Shown here piece by piece: positions 13,001 through 24,721 of a stretch of DNA of 64,000 nt. How positions within the stretch are numbered: the first letter of the stretch is position 1; the number at the start of each line of letters is the position of its first letter. This DNA is from Carpediemonas membranifera BICM (taxonomy: Eukaryota > Protista > Fornicata), in NCBI GenBank assembly GCA_019828565.1, contig JAHDYR010000067.1, positions 402,244 through 466,243 on the forward strand, read 5' to 3'. The position numbers and the translations under genes were made by a program. The notes beneath the pieces are model-generated. The model worked only from the letters and a program-made list of their open reading frames with translations. It was not told the DNA's origin and did no database searches.

Positions 13001-13532
13001 TGCTCCCTTTCATGTCCATGATCTTCTGTATAGTGTCCCTGAATCCATCCTTCTCCTGCTTGCTGTGGCCGGATGGAGGGCCATACACGTTGATGACTAG
13101 TATGTCCCTGCCGGTTCTCATTATGCTGGCTTGCACTCTTCCCGATAGGCTGTCCGTTATGCCGATGTCCCACTTTGCAGTTGCGTGTGGGCTCACTATC
13201 GTGCCGATGCCTTCCCTTGTTCCCTTCCATCTTGGCGCAGGTTCGTCATTGCCTGCTATGCCTAGTTGTCGGTTGATGCGGTGCTGACTTTTGACATCCG
13301 CCTTTCGTTTTTCGTTGGCTAAGACCAGGTCCTCTTCCGTCTCCCTCCCTGCTAGTGCGTAGTCAAGGTCCATGAAGCAATGAACCCTCGTATTCGCCGT
13401 TCTCCATGTCTCTTGTATGAGTACTGCCTCTATGTCCTTCAACCTTAGCTGAATCGCCGTTGCCATAGACGCCGTGAAGTCCTTTCCTCTTCCTATGTGT
13501 CCCTCTGTGTTCAGACTAAGTATCTTGTTTCC
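10097..13532 (-). CDS. LINE polyprotein: AP endonuclease - reverse transcriptase - CCHC zinc knuckle (two frameshifts, ~12360 and ~10600)
   Basis: APE motifs KILSLNTEG (upstream of the annotated ATG), LIQET, NVYGP, MGDWN, PDF, SAH; RT motifs PGPD, SYRPISL, QAGF, FLDIEKAYD, GVKQG, FVDD, RYLG; C-terminal CPLC...HIICEC. Confidence 0.9.
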
Positions 13533-13836
13533 TTATCCTGCGAATTCCCAGAATTTGGGAGCCCCAGCTTCCCGCTCCTCTACTTCTATCCTTGTCCTAA
13601 CAAGGGGCCTAGATGCCGGTCTCGGTGACCCTTGTCAGGCCAACCTTGTTACCACCTGGTGACCTTCCATTCTTCGGGCAGGGTACTTAGGAGGGGGACG
13701 ATATGACGTGACCCCCCCTTTGGCTGCCGCTACAGCCTACCGGCAGTGCATTTCAGCTAATGCCGGGCCCTGGGTGGGAGCCAGGGCTTGTGAATTATAA
13801 AGAAAATGTTGCTTGTTCCTTGAAAGAATACCATGC

Positions 13837-13889
13837 TGTCCCAATCAATTGATTAAACCTCTTTCGCTAGCTGTTCTATCCATACCACA
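13837..13889 (+). repeat. 5' LTR of Gypsy 2 (53 bp)
   Basis: tgtcccaatc...ccataccaca, identical to 18309-18361. Confidence 0.95.
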
Positions 13890-13901
13890 GTGATCACTGT
13901 C

Positions 13902-16900
13902 ATGGTTTTAGTCAGCAACAGCCGTTTAGACGAGTATCGTCTTCATGTTGCAAGCAAAAAGCAGCCGTCTAGCATCCTCTTTTTCCTCGGGAGCGAGAAA
14001 CTAGCCGAAATCCGCGCGGCGTTCATCCCGACAACGAGATTCCCAACATTCGAGGATTTCCAATGCTTCTTTGAGACAGAGATCCGTCCTCCCATTCATA
14101 AGCCTTCCGAGCAGAATGAACCCGAGAAGAACGACGACGACAAATCGGCCGAGGAGCTCAGCGCTCTCCTGGCCAAGCTCAAGGATATAGACACCCAAGC
14201 GGCCTCGATCGCTTCAGACGAGCTGAAGCAGGCCTTCATCACCGCAGCCCTCAAGGCGGTCAGTCCGCCACCGACGGCCCCAGACACCTCGACCAACGCC
14301 TCAGAGCGCCTCTCGAGGGAGGAGCTCCGCGAGCGGGCGGACCTCTTGCTCACCTACACCGCGTACTTCGAGCTGACACCCGCCCAGCGGGCCAACCCAG
14401 CCGCTCGCGCGGCGGCGATCCTGGAAAGGACCACGCTCACAGGTGGAGACATCACCTCTATGCAGAAGATGTTCCTAGCTTTCGGCAAGCACTGTCGCCA
14501 GCTGAACCCCAAGTTCCCGACAGAAGAAAACGGTTACACGCCCCTCACCGAGAAGAGGCTGATATCCACGCTTTTCCGCGTGCTGACCCGCGGTTTTGAC
14601 GTCACCGAAGCCGCCCTCGCCTTCGAGGATTTCGCCGACGGCGCCACCACCATCGATGACGTCCAGCACCGCATCCTGGCTTTGCCAACTAACTCCGATG
14701 GGACGATCGTCACGCCTTGGTCCTTCTGCCAGAGGACCTCCGGTCCCATGGCAGGCGCCAAGGTCCCCGCTACACCGGGCAACGGCCGCAAGACCTGCCG
14801 CGTCCACGGTCCCGGCGGCCACTCTACTGAAGAGTGCCGGCTGCTGAAGCGCCAGAGTCAGGCTAACAGAGCCACACCGGCGGGCCGCCAACCTCAAGAT
14901 CCCCGCCAGGGCCAGGCCTCTCAACGCACACCACACCAAGCCTCAGCCGCCCAGCAGAACCAGTCACGCCAGCCGCAGGCAGGTTGGTCCCCAACGACAG
15001 GCCGCTGGACAACCACAGCAGCCCCAGCAACCATCGACGTCGAAGGGTCCTTGGCAGTTCAGGCAGAACCCCAAGCAGGCCACACCATTCACACCGACAC
15101 CCCCCAACAAGCCCCAACAAGGCAGCGTTCAGAACGTAGAGCATGCCGAGCACGCTTACTCGCCGGGCCGGCTTCTCCGGATTCCAGTGACGATAGGTGA
15201 CACGCTTATCTCAGCGACGGTCGACCCTGGCTCCGTAGTGTCCACCATCTCGCTGGACCTCGCCAACGCACTCGCCCAGTTTGGCAGGAGGGGCCCCGAC
15301 ATGGTCCAGCTGACGGGCCCTGACGACCAAGGTCTCCAGCAACACGGCACCTTCGAGACAACGCTGGTCGCGGACCGCTTGGGCGACCGCCGAACGATCA
15401 TCGATTGGCCCCTGCACGTCATCAGCGGCAGGGCCGATAAGGTCCTCATCGGCTCGGATATATTGTGGTTCTTAGGCCTCATGTCCGACGAGGGCATCAT
15501 GCTTCGCCTCCGCCCGCAAGTTCACGACGGCGAGGACGAAGGCCTCCCCGACGACCAGACCGATGACTTCCACGCAGTCAACAACATCGTCAGCGACGAC
15601 GCGGGCCCACTTGGCACACGCATCGCAAGCGACTTCCCGCTCAAAGCCGAGATGGCTGATGTCATCCGCCGGCACGCACCGGTATTCGGCGAGCTGCACC
15701 CTGACGGCGCCCAGATCGCCGCCGCAACGATTGACATCGTGCCAGGCGCACCCCTACCCAACCATGCCCCTCGACCGCTCACGGCATCCACCGCCGAAAG
15801 AGTGCACGAGATTATCGACGACATGGACAGACAGGGCATCGTACGCGATTCCTACAGCCACGTGGCATCCGCAGCCGTCATCGTAGTGAAGAAGTCAAGC
15901 GAGTCACGACTTTGCGCCGACTACCGCGAGCTTAACTCGGTAACTACACCAGACAGGTTCCCCCTCGCAGATATCCGCACCTTCACCAACGACTTCATCG
16001 GTGCCAAGTACTTCTTCGCTTGTGACCTCCGGTCAGGTTTTCATCAAATGCCAGTACGCGAAGACCACAAGTACCTCACCGCTATAACGCTGCCAGGCCG
16101 GTTCAAAGAGTACAACTTTGCACCCTTTGGTCTTCGTAACCTACCGTCACAGTTCCAGCGGGCCATCCAGGCAATCCTTGCCCCTGTGCGCGCCGACGGT
16201 ACGAAGAACTACATCGATGACATCTTTGGTCGAGCCAAGACACCTCAGGAGCTTCTAGACCACGTCGACCGCCTACTCTGTATCGCAGAGGAACGCAACG
16301 TCCGCCTCCGCGGCGACAAGTGTGTCTTCGGGGCGACGTCTATCGAGATCCTCGGCGATATCGTCGATGGCAAGGGCCGCCGCATGAGCCCTACTCGTGT
16401 CAGATCCATGCAGGACCTCGCCGCACCTCACTCGGTCAAGGACCTACGCATGATCATCGGTATGTTCACATACCTCAGTGACTATATCCCCGACTGCCAG
16501 ACACGCCTCAAGCCGCTCCAGGCCTTGGTCAGCAAGGTCCCACCCTACACCTTCAACGACTGGGACGACACGCTTCAGGCTCTGTTTGATCAGCTCAAGC
16601 AGGCCGTGACAGACGAAGAGGTCCTCGCCCATCCGGACCAGAGCAGGCCCTGGCGCCTCGAGACCGACGCCTCTCTCGAAGGCATCGGCGGTGTCTTACT
16701 GCAGCTTGACTCGGACAACACATGGCGCGTCGTGTCATTCTTCTCAAAGGTCTTCAACGACACACAGTCGCGTTGGTGCACGTACGACCAGGAGCTGTTC
16801 GCGATCATCTACTGCCTCACTCGGCCTGACCTCTCGCCCATCTTTAGAGTCCACCAGGACCTGACGATCTGGACGGACCACCGCAACTTGGTCTACCTGC

Positions 16901-18324
16901 ACTCCAAGGCTGGCCAGGAAAACCGTAAGCACCTCCGCTGGCTGCTTATGATCCAAGAGTTCGAGTTCGTCATCAGACACATCGCAGGCGCGCAGAACAC
17001 ACTGGCCGACGCACTCAGTCGATACAACCCGCAGGCCACAGTCACGCAGGTCAACAACGTCTCAGAGGCCGAGCTCGACGAAGACGCCAAGCGCAAGATC
17101 GTGCAAGAAGCTCACCGATACCACGAGGGCGAGCAGGCCACCATCAGGAACGTCCGCCAGCTTGGGCACGATTGGCCAGGCCTCCACTCCGACGTGCACG
17201 CAGTCGTGTCAACCTGCGTGTACTGCGCTAAGGCACGCCTCTCCGCTTTCATTAAGACCACAACGCAGTCTTCTCTGCGCGACCGACCCTTCCAGACCAT
17301 CGCTGTAGACACCATGGGTCCTTTCCCTGTCGACTCCGAGGGTTTCAGATACATCGTGGTGGCAACCGACATGTTTACCCGCTTCACGGAGCTCATCCCC
17401 ACAGCTTCCAACAACGCGACGACGGTCGGGCTGGCACTTTGGTCCATCATCGGACGCTACGGTGTGCCTCGCGAGTTCCTTTCGGACAACGGCCCCGAGT
17501 ACCGCAATCGGATGATAGAAGCTTTCCTTGATCGCTTGCAGGTCACGTACCACCGGACAATCCCTTTCCACCCTCAGTCAAACGGCCTGGCCGAGAGACG
17601 CAACCAGGAAGTCAAGCGACACTTACGTGTGCTCTGTCTGATGTTTGACCGTTACGACGCCTGGGCCTCCGTGGTCCCATACGTCCAGTACATCCTGAAC
17701 ACTACGGTCCACTCCGTCACCGGCGTCGAACCCATTGCTCTCTTGATGGGCAAGCATGCCTCCGCTCGCGACTTCACGATCGCACCCAAGGAGGAGGGTA
17801 GAGTTCATACTCCCCTGGACGACATAGCCTCCTACATCGACGCGCTCACCGAGCACCTCCAGATCCTCGCCGACCAGGCCCTCAACCGCCAGCAGGCAAT
17901 GACAAGGACCGCAGAGCCGACGCCCCCGATCGAGCCGGGCACTCTGGTCCTTCGTAAGAACGAGAGCCCCACGAAGCTACACGGCCACCGCGGCCCATTC
18001 CGCATCACAGCCGCCGACGGTTACGCAGCGGAGATCACGCCGCTCACTGGCGGCAAGAGCCGCCGGGTCCACCTGAGCCAGTTAATCCGCATCTGCCAAG
18101 GCCCCCTCAGCGACGCCGAACTGTTGCGCATCGCGGCTACCGACGACGAGGAGTATTACGTCGAGAAAGTCCTAGAGGTCGACGACGAGACTGGCGACCT
18201 CCTCATTAAGTGGCTCGGCTTCCCTGAGGCTAAGGCCACGTGGGAGGGTCCCAACTCTGACGCCGCCCGCACGTCCGTCGTGCGCCGTCACCTCGAGGAG
18301 AGGGGTAGTGTCCCAATCAATTGA
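13902..18324 (+). CDS. Gag-Pol polyprotein of Gypsy 2 (+1 frame change near 14985)
   Basis: CHHC knuckle CRVHGPGGHSTEEC; protease VDPGS; RT YIDD; RNase H ETDAS; integrase AVDTMGP..SDNG..AERRN; chromodomain YYVEKVL..LLIKWLGF..ATWE; stop codon lies inside the 3' LTR. Confidence 0.92.
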
Positions 18325-18361
18325 TTAAACCTCTTTCGCTAGCTGTTCTATCCATACCACA
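18309..18361 (+). repeat. 3' LTR of Gypsy 2 (53 bp)
   Basis: Identical to 13837-13889. Confidence 0.95.
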
Positions 18362-18420
18362 CATGCAGTCAATTCTGGTACCTTTTCTGGAACAAATAGT
18401 TCCAGAATTGGTTCCAGAAT
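18362..18420 (+). repeat. Terminal repeat of element A
   Basis: CATGCAG-N6-CTGGTAC...TTCTGGAAC-N5-GTTCCAGAAT-N2-GTTCCAGAAT; same spacing as the TIRs of B. Confidence 0.7.
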
Positions 18421-19137
18421 GCCAGAAAAAATGGCATTTGCAAGAAAAACTAAACGCGTTCAAACAATTTAGCGACGCCTTGCCATGGGATGTAAAGCAA
18501 TATGCAACTAATACTGGGCCCAAGGAACGTTGATACGTACTGCTCTCATGAACTCACTCACTTTTCAGCAGAGCTCGACCAAAAACTAACAGAGGCTTGC
18601 CCGAGGTGTGCTTAAGCCAGCTCCAACTCTCTCTCAGTCTGTGACAGCTCCCCCAAAAAATTATTCTTGCTCAAAGTTGAGGTTTTCGGGAAATACTGCC
18701 AAAAAGTTTGCTTCTGCTCAAGAACGGGGGATGCGCGTTGGATACCGACACCGTTACGTAACAGTTTAACATTCATTATAACAGCGCTAGCCTCCAGATT
18801 TCCTTGCGCACGCCTTTATCTGGAGAAAATAGCACAAACTTTCGCAAGCAAACGCAAATCGATAGAAAAATATGTTTCATGTCCAACGGAGCTAAAACTG
18901 AGCACAGTGTTATTCATCCTTCTATTCTACTAGTTTATCACTTCAAAAGGATCTGAACTTCAGTATTGATGGTGTTATAGGCACTGGTTCGGTTCGAGTC
19001 AAAACTGACTAAACTGTGACGACGGCTAGGTGTTGAAACATGCCATACTCACTCGTAGCGTGGCGCTTAATAGTGCCAGAATTGCTTCACTGCCACAAAT
19101 CAATGGAGGTTCATGTTTGTGCATAAAGTACACAAAC

Positions 19138-19299
19138 ATGAGAAGACACGAATTCGTCACTGAATTAGAGACGATGCGCATAAGAATCAAAGATTTGGTT
19201 CAAATAGAGGAATACTACCTCTTTGCAGACGATATCGCGAAGGAATACCTTGATGTTGCGTCCATATACCTGATGAAGGCAATCCTACGTTCTCAGTGA
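19138..19299 (+). CDS. Conserved 53-aa small protein (or last exon of a spliced gene) of element A
   Basis: 26/53 identical, gap-free, to the ORF at 50242-50403(-), at the same distance from the terminus. Confidence 0.7.
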   Translation: MRRHEFVTELETMRIRIKDLVQIEEYYLFADDIAKEYLDVASIYLMKAILRSQ

Positions 19300-19670
19300 G
19301 GCAACTAGCAAACATGAACCGTATCAAGAGACAAATATTGAAGCACTCCCCGTCCACATCATGTTTGATAAATTTTCTGGTGTCATTCTGCTGTTAATAT
19401 CAGACAAGCAAACAACGTAGTGATGCGGAGAGACCGCGTGCTGCTAGAATACGCAGGGCATGATGCACCTGTTGATACCAGGAGCGCTGTCTGGTATGAT
19501 GATTAATTGCAACGAACGCGATCACCGGAAATTACCTTACCTTACCTTACCTGCAGGTACCATGGGTGTTCGTTTTCGTCTCCAAACGCCATCGTGTAAG
19601 AGCATAAAGAGCATTTTCTGTTTACTGTGCCGTTGGGGGATTGATGGCGCTGGCGTAGGGGTGCTGTGTA

Positions 19671-19951
19671 GGCGCCAGGGATGAGGCGCCAGGATGAGGC
19701 GCCAGGGATGAGACGCCAGGGATGAGGGAGCCAAGATGAGGGCGCCAGGGATGAGGCGCCAGGGATGAGGCGCCAGGGATGAGGCGCCAGGATGAGGGAG
19801 CCAAGATGAGGGCGCCAGGGATGAGGCGCCAGGGATGAGACGCCAGGGATGAGGCGCCAGGGATGAGGCGCCAGGGATGAGGCGCCAGGGATGAGGCGCC
19901 AGGGATGAGGCGCCAGGATGAGGGAGCCAAGATGAGGGCGCCAGGGATGAG
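19671..19951 (+). repeat. Minisatellite with 14-bp unit GGCGCCAGGGATGA and variants
   Basis: ~20 tandem units with a recurring GGGAGCCAAGATGA variant. Confidence 0.9.
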
Positions 19952-20312
19952 GAGTACAGTATTTGAACCCCGAAAACGCCATATTACCAGCACCAATGAG
20001 CTTCATCAACGAAGATGCGCTCACTGGTGCCTGTTATGGCGTTTTCGGGGTTCGTCGATCATTCTGCTCCCAAATCTGCACCTGTATTTTCGTGAGCATG
20101 CCCGGGAGCTGGGCCAGACGAGTGGTGCCACAGGGACTAAGCTCCGCTGCTCAGCCTCTGCCAGGCGACACTCGTCTGAATTCTGCACGAAAAAATTCAG
20201 ACGACGAATGATGGGCAAGGGCCGCGAAAACGCTGAAGTACCAGCGCAAGTAGAGCGGTTTGCAATAAAATAGCTTACTTGCGCTGGTGCTGGCGTTTCG
20301 GGGCCTGAATTG

Positions 20313-21060
20313 CCCCGGGCGCTCTCCAGGCTTCTCTCCGGGCTCCTCTCTCCCGGGCGCTCTCGGGCTTCTCTCTCCGCGCTCTTCTCCCCGGGCGCTC
20401 TCCGGGCTTCTCTCTCCGGGCTCCTCTCTCGGGCGCTCTCGGGCTTCTCTCTCTCCGGGCGCTCTCGGGCTTCTCTCTCGGGCTCTCTCGGGCGCTCTCG
20501 GGCTTCTCTCTCCGCGCTCTCTCGGGCGCTCTCGGGCTTCTCTCGGGCTCTCTCTCCGGGCGCTCTCGGGCTTCTCTCGGGCTCTCTCGGGCGCTCTCGG
20601 GCTTCTCTCTCCCGGGCTCCTCTCTCCCGGGCTCTCCCGGGCTTCTCTCCCCGCTCCTCTCTCCCGGGGCTCTCCCGGGCTCTCTCTCCCGAGCTCTTCT
20701 CCCCGGGGCTCTCCCGGGCTCTCTCTCCCCGCTCTTCTCCCCCGGGCTCTCCCGAGCTCCTCTCCCCGCTCTTCTCCCCCGGGCTCCTCTCCCGGGCTCT
20801 TCTCCCCGGGCTCTCTCCCGAGCTCCTCTCTCCCGAGCTCTTCTCCCCGGGCGCTCTCCCGGGCTCCTCTCTCCGCGCTCTTCTCCCCGGGCGCTCTCCG
20901 GGCTCTCTCCGCGCTCTTCTCCCCGGGCTCTCTCCGGGCTCCTCTCCGCGCTCTTCTCCCCGGGCGCTCTCCCGGGCTCCTCTCCGCTCTTCTCCCCGGG
21001 CTCTATCTCCGGGCTCCTGTCAGCGCTCTTCTCCCCGGGCTCTATCCTCCGGGGCTCCTG
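20313..21060 (+). repeat. Degenerate C/T/G tandem repeat (CTCTCCCCGGGCTC-like), almost A-free on the + strand
   Basis: ~750 bp of reiterated ctctc/cccggg/cgctct motifs. Confidence 0.9.
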
Positions 21061-22101
21061 TCCCCAGCGCTGTTTCCCAGGCGCTCTGCTCTCTCCAGCG
21101 TCCTCACTCGTAAATGTACGTTGCTGTCTTGTCTGCTTGATCTGATTTCATTTAGTGTGCACTTTAGGGGATAGTTTCATTGCAACGCCAAAATGGCGAG
21201 TTCAGGTTGTAGCAATGATCTGATGCGCGGAATGTACTAGAAAACATTGCAATTACAACGCAAAGCAGCGAAAAGCGGAGAAATCAACATCAATAACAAC
21301 ATCAACACCAAAAGAACAGTATCCCAAAGAATTGTGGGCGTTGCTGCGCCAAAGAGCAATAAATGACCACAAAGCATTCGCTTATGCACAATTAGCTGCC
21401 AGAAAGAACACTACACCGTTACTTTGGATCATCCCAGTTCGCCGGAGATGACGCAGGTCCAGAACGCTGCCTTGGAGGGCTGGTGAAGCGGTTGTGTAGC
21501 GCTTACTCGCCTGGCCTTTGGGGCTCTCTCAACATCCTTCCAGACTACTGCATTGTCATTCACCGGAGGAGCAGGCCAGAGTCACTTGCCATCTGGCGCA
21601 TCATGAGGAGATATTGGAATGTGATGATGTGTTTATTGACTAAATGAGCTGGAATTAGGCGGGTTTGATGTTGCTTACATGTTCTGTGGCATGCCTGATG
21701 TCCAAAGATGTATTTTGGCACAGTGATGTTGTTTAGTGTGCTCATTGCTGACCGCATAGTTATCTGACGTCAATGTGTCGTGTTGATGGCAAGAAATCGA
21801 TGGTAGCTCGCACGTTTGAGGTAGTTGCTTGTTGCATCGATGCAACGCACTTTAAGGATTAACCACCTGCACCCCATAGCCGTTTCCTAAGGCCAGATAC
21901 GGTCCTCTGTAGCGTATATACACGCGTGAATTGGGACTAGATGGGACTAGATGCAGTGTTGTGGCATGCCCGGTCTAGCTGAATCCACAAATGTGGATCG
22001 GCTCGGGCTGCCGTATAGGTGGCCTGCTCTGGACTTATGGCTGGAGATACAGTTGGCAGGTAGTTGACTCGTACATGCTCATATGGACAACCGACGGCCA
22101 T

Positions 22102-23489
22102 TTACTTCTGGTGCTTTTCCTGCTCTCTCTTCTCCATCAGGTCGTCATACTCGGCCCTCGTCAGCCTCACAGTTGTCATCCCGGCATCACGGATGTGCTC
22201 AAAGGCCTCAACGGGCAGCTTCGGCATCCCGTCGTCGCTGTCGCTGCTGCTGCCGAAGTCTGACTCGCTCTCGTGATAGCGGCGAAGGCGAATGCGTCTG
22301 CTGGGCTCCCTGGTCTTCATAGAGTCATAGAGCGGAGCGAGCCCACTTCCATTGGTCCCGCTACGGACACCCTCATCGGTATCTCTCTCAGACATATCAC
22401 ACTCAACCTGTTGTGACTGAACAAATGACAGGTTGTCGACGAGGCTATCCTCGGCATCGCTGTCTGAACTCTCCTCATCCTCCCACTCTCCTTCCAGCAT
22501 CTCCAACCCGGCCTCATCGTCAGACTCGCCCTCCACCGCGGTCTCCGGCATCTCTGCCTCGCCAGCTGTCTCGTCAAACAGCGCCTCATCGTCAGACTCC
22601 CCCTCCCCGTGTCGTCCCCCTCGGGCTTACGCTGGTCGTGGAGCTGGACCATCCTAATCCTGAGCTTGTTGTAAAGCCAGTCATCGAGCGTCGGCGGCAC
22701 CAGGTCGGCAGAGCTTCGGATCTCCGGGTTGAGATCGAGGATCGTTGGGCGTCGCGTGGTCGTTAAGTGACTGGACGCCAACTGGCGCCTGAACTGCTCA
22801 TCGGTCAGGCTGATGCGCTTGTCCTTAATGACCTTACGAACCTTGGTCGGATCCCTGGGCCTGCCCGTCCGTCTCTGTGTCTCAATCACCCGCTTCTTGA
22901 GCTGATTGAGATCGACATGCACAGTGGGCGCATAGCGAAGCTGGTTAACACTCAGCCCGACCGACTTGAGAGCCTGCGAGAAGGTGCTAGGCATCACAGC
23001 GGACATCGCGGATGGTGCCCCGGTGAATAGCAACCAGTCAGCGAGTTCCGGGGGAATCTGGAGCTCGCTCACATCAATATCGCGGGCTGATGTGGCAGTC
23101 ATGCCTGTGTGGCTGATGATAAGAGCCAGCGCATTGTAGGGGAAGACTAGTCGGACAATAGCTTCCGATGCGACAGGCTCAAACTGCCCAAGCGGCTTGA
23201 CATTGTCTCTGCCGGAGTTTCGGAATGAGTTGACGGCACTGAGAGTGACAGCAGCGGTTGCCTTGCTCAATGATGCAGCAAAACCGGGCACAAGCGATCT
23301 AACCTCCTCGGACCGGATCACGGAGAGCGCTTCGTCCTCGGTACTCCCTCGCTCACGTTGTACGAATTGAACGAACCGCGAAAGGTTGTTTGCGGCCGCT
23401 TTCCGGGAAGATTTCTTGCTGATGGTGCACAACCAAGCATTCTTCACGTCTTGCATGCTTGTTTCCATCTCCCGCGGGCTTCCTTCCAT
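22102..23489 (-). CDS. Degenerate tyrosine-recombinase-like fold + kleisin-like segment + acidic tail (frameshift ~22605), element A copy
   Basis: SLSKATAAVTLSAVNSF, ALALIISHTGMTATSA, ALKSVGLSVNQLRYA, then KVIKDKRISLTDEQFRRQLASS...LDLNP; homologous to 39825-41066. Acidic ORF 22102-22551 joins across a G-run. Confidence 0.65.
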
Positions 23490-23944
23490 CGATATACGGA
23501 TTTCAGACTTTCGTCATGCACAAAAATTCGAATCTCTCCAAATGCCCAAAACAGTGGTCAAACCGTGTTCAGGGGTACAAAAGAGTGCCATAGGCACGTT
23601 CTTGCATTCAAAATATTCTAGAGGTCGTTCATAAATTCTCAGATGGCCAACAGTACGAAAGTCTGAAATCCATTTATCATGAGACCCGACAAATTTGAAA
23701 TCCATTTATCGGGTGGATACATCACTGTAGAGGGTATTCATGGATATAGGTGCCTTTTCGGTGCCGAGGGGAGTCAACATTTGAGGTCGTGCAGGCAGAA
23801 AGTCTGAAATCCGTTTATCTCACCACTGCTTAGTGTTCTGGCAGACAACGGCTTCCTGGCGACGCCTGGGGTGTAAGGATTCGCTTGCCTCTGTGTTGTC
23901 GCATCAGCTTCGCTGAAAACGGGGGAACTGACCCGCGCATTCGC

Positions 23945-24447
23945 GCACTTTATGCTCGCAACGAGACTGAAATGACGAACTGAAGAATAGGAAGAATACT
24001 GGCGGCTTTAACGATACAGGCATGCACATATCACTAAGAAACATCAGTATGCGGGCGCAGAGCATCATTAAAGCAACAATTATCTCTAAACAACATCAAG
24101 TACCAAAAGTCCATCAGGACGAAACGATATGAACTATAAATGGAGCACAGAGCAGTACAGATGATTTGAGAGTACCAGGCATGGCCAGAATACCGTAATT
24201 ATCGTCCGTTCATCCACGTGACCTCCATCTTGGTCGGTATCCAGAGAACGCCCGTCAGACGCTTGCAACGGAACATTTAGGGGGTGCATCCTAAATGGGT
24301 CCAGATTTGAGGCACCCTTGGTCTGACATGCCATGACCGAGCACTCTAGGGGCCTCCACAGTGCGTCCCGAGGTACGTTAGAGCACCACAGACCTTCCCC
24401 CAAAAGCTGACTCCTGGACCCCTTGGCCGGAGCTCGCCCGAAGCGTG
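23945..24447 (+). repeat. ~500-bp non-coding block shared with 41486-41987
   Basis: Direct repeat, roughly 90% identical by eye, lying between the same divergently oriented gene pair in both elements. Confidence 0.9.
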
Positions 24448-24721
24448 CCTCGGCTTGAACTAACGGCAAGAGAGCATAAAATCAGCCCTTTCGAACCGTG
24501 TTTTATGCTCTGCTGCCGTTATAGAATTATTCAAAGGGCCCTCTCTTTGCGCTTTTTTCTGGTTCGTGGGACGAAGTAGGGACGGACAAAAAAGCACATA
24601 CGGAAGGTATTGGAGGTACTGAGGCCGCCTAGGTACATAGTTGCCGTGTGGATGGTTTCAGTTTATTACTTTTGGCACTCTATGTCCATTTTTTTATGCT
24701 CTCTTGCTGATAGTGCCGAAC

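Larger units (their letters stand above)
4322..13787 (-). mobile_element. Non-LTR retrotransposon (single APE-RT-Zn-knuckle ORF, Ingi/Vingi/RTE-like organisation); 3' UTR interrupted by Gypsy element 1
   Basis: APE, RT and CCHC domains on the minus strand; GAA repeat tail at 4322; Gypsy 1 inserted with an ACCC TSD inside the 3' region. 5' end approximate; no TSD found. Confidence 0.75.
13837..18361 (+). mobile_element. Ty3/Gypsy chromovirus-like LTR retrotransposon 2 (full length)
   Basis: Identical 53-bp TG...CA LTRs; 5-bp TSD CATGC (13832-13836 / 18362-18366); purine tract GAGGAGAGGGGTAG before the 3' LTR. Confidence 0.95.

Noticed and set aside
14940-15200. Programmed gag-pol frameshift in Gypsy 2
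   Set aside because: No recognisable slippery site; the other two elements have fused gag-pol, so an indel or sequencing error is at least as likely.
19671-19951. CRISPR-like array
   Set aside because: Tandem units without unique spacers, no cas genes, eukaryotic context.
19542-21174. Long ORFs over the tandem arrays (19542-20024, 20287-21174, 20310-21113)
   Set aside because: Open frames arise from stop-free repeats; no evidence of coding.
24462-24520. Imperfect hairpin aacggca..agagcataaaa / ttttatgctct..tgccgtt
   Set aside because: Not conserved at the equivalent position in element B; no function assignable.
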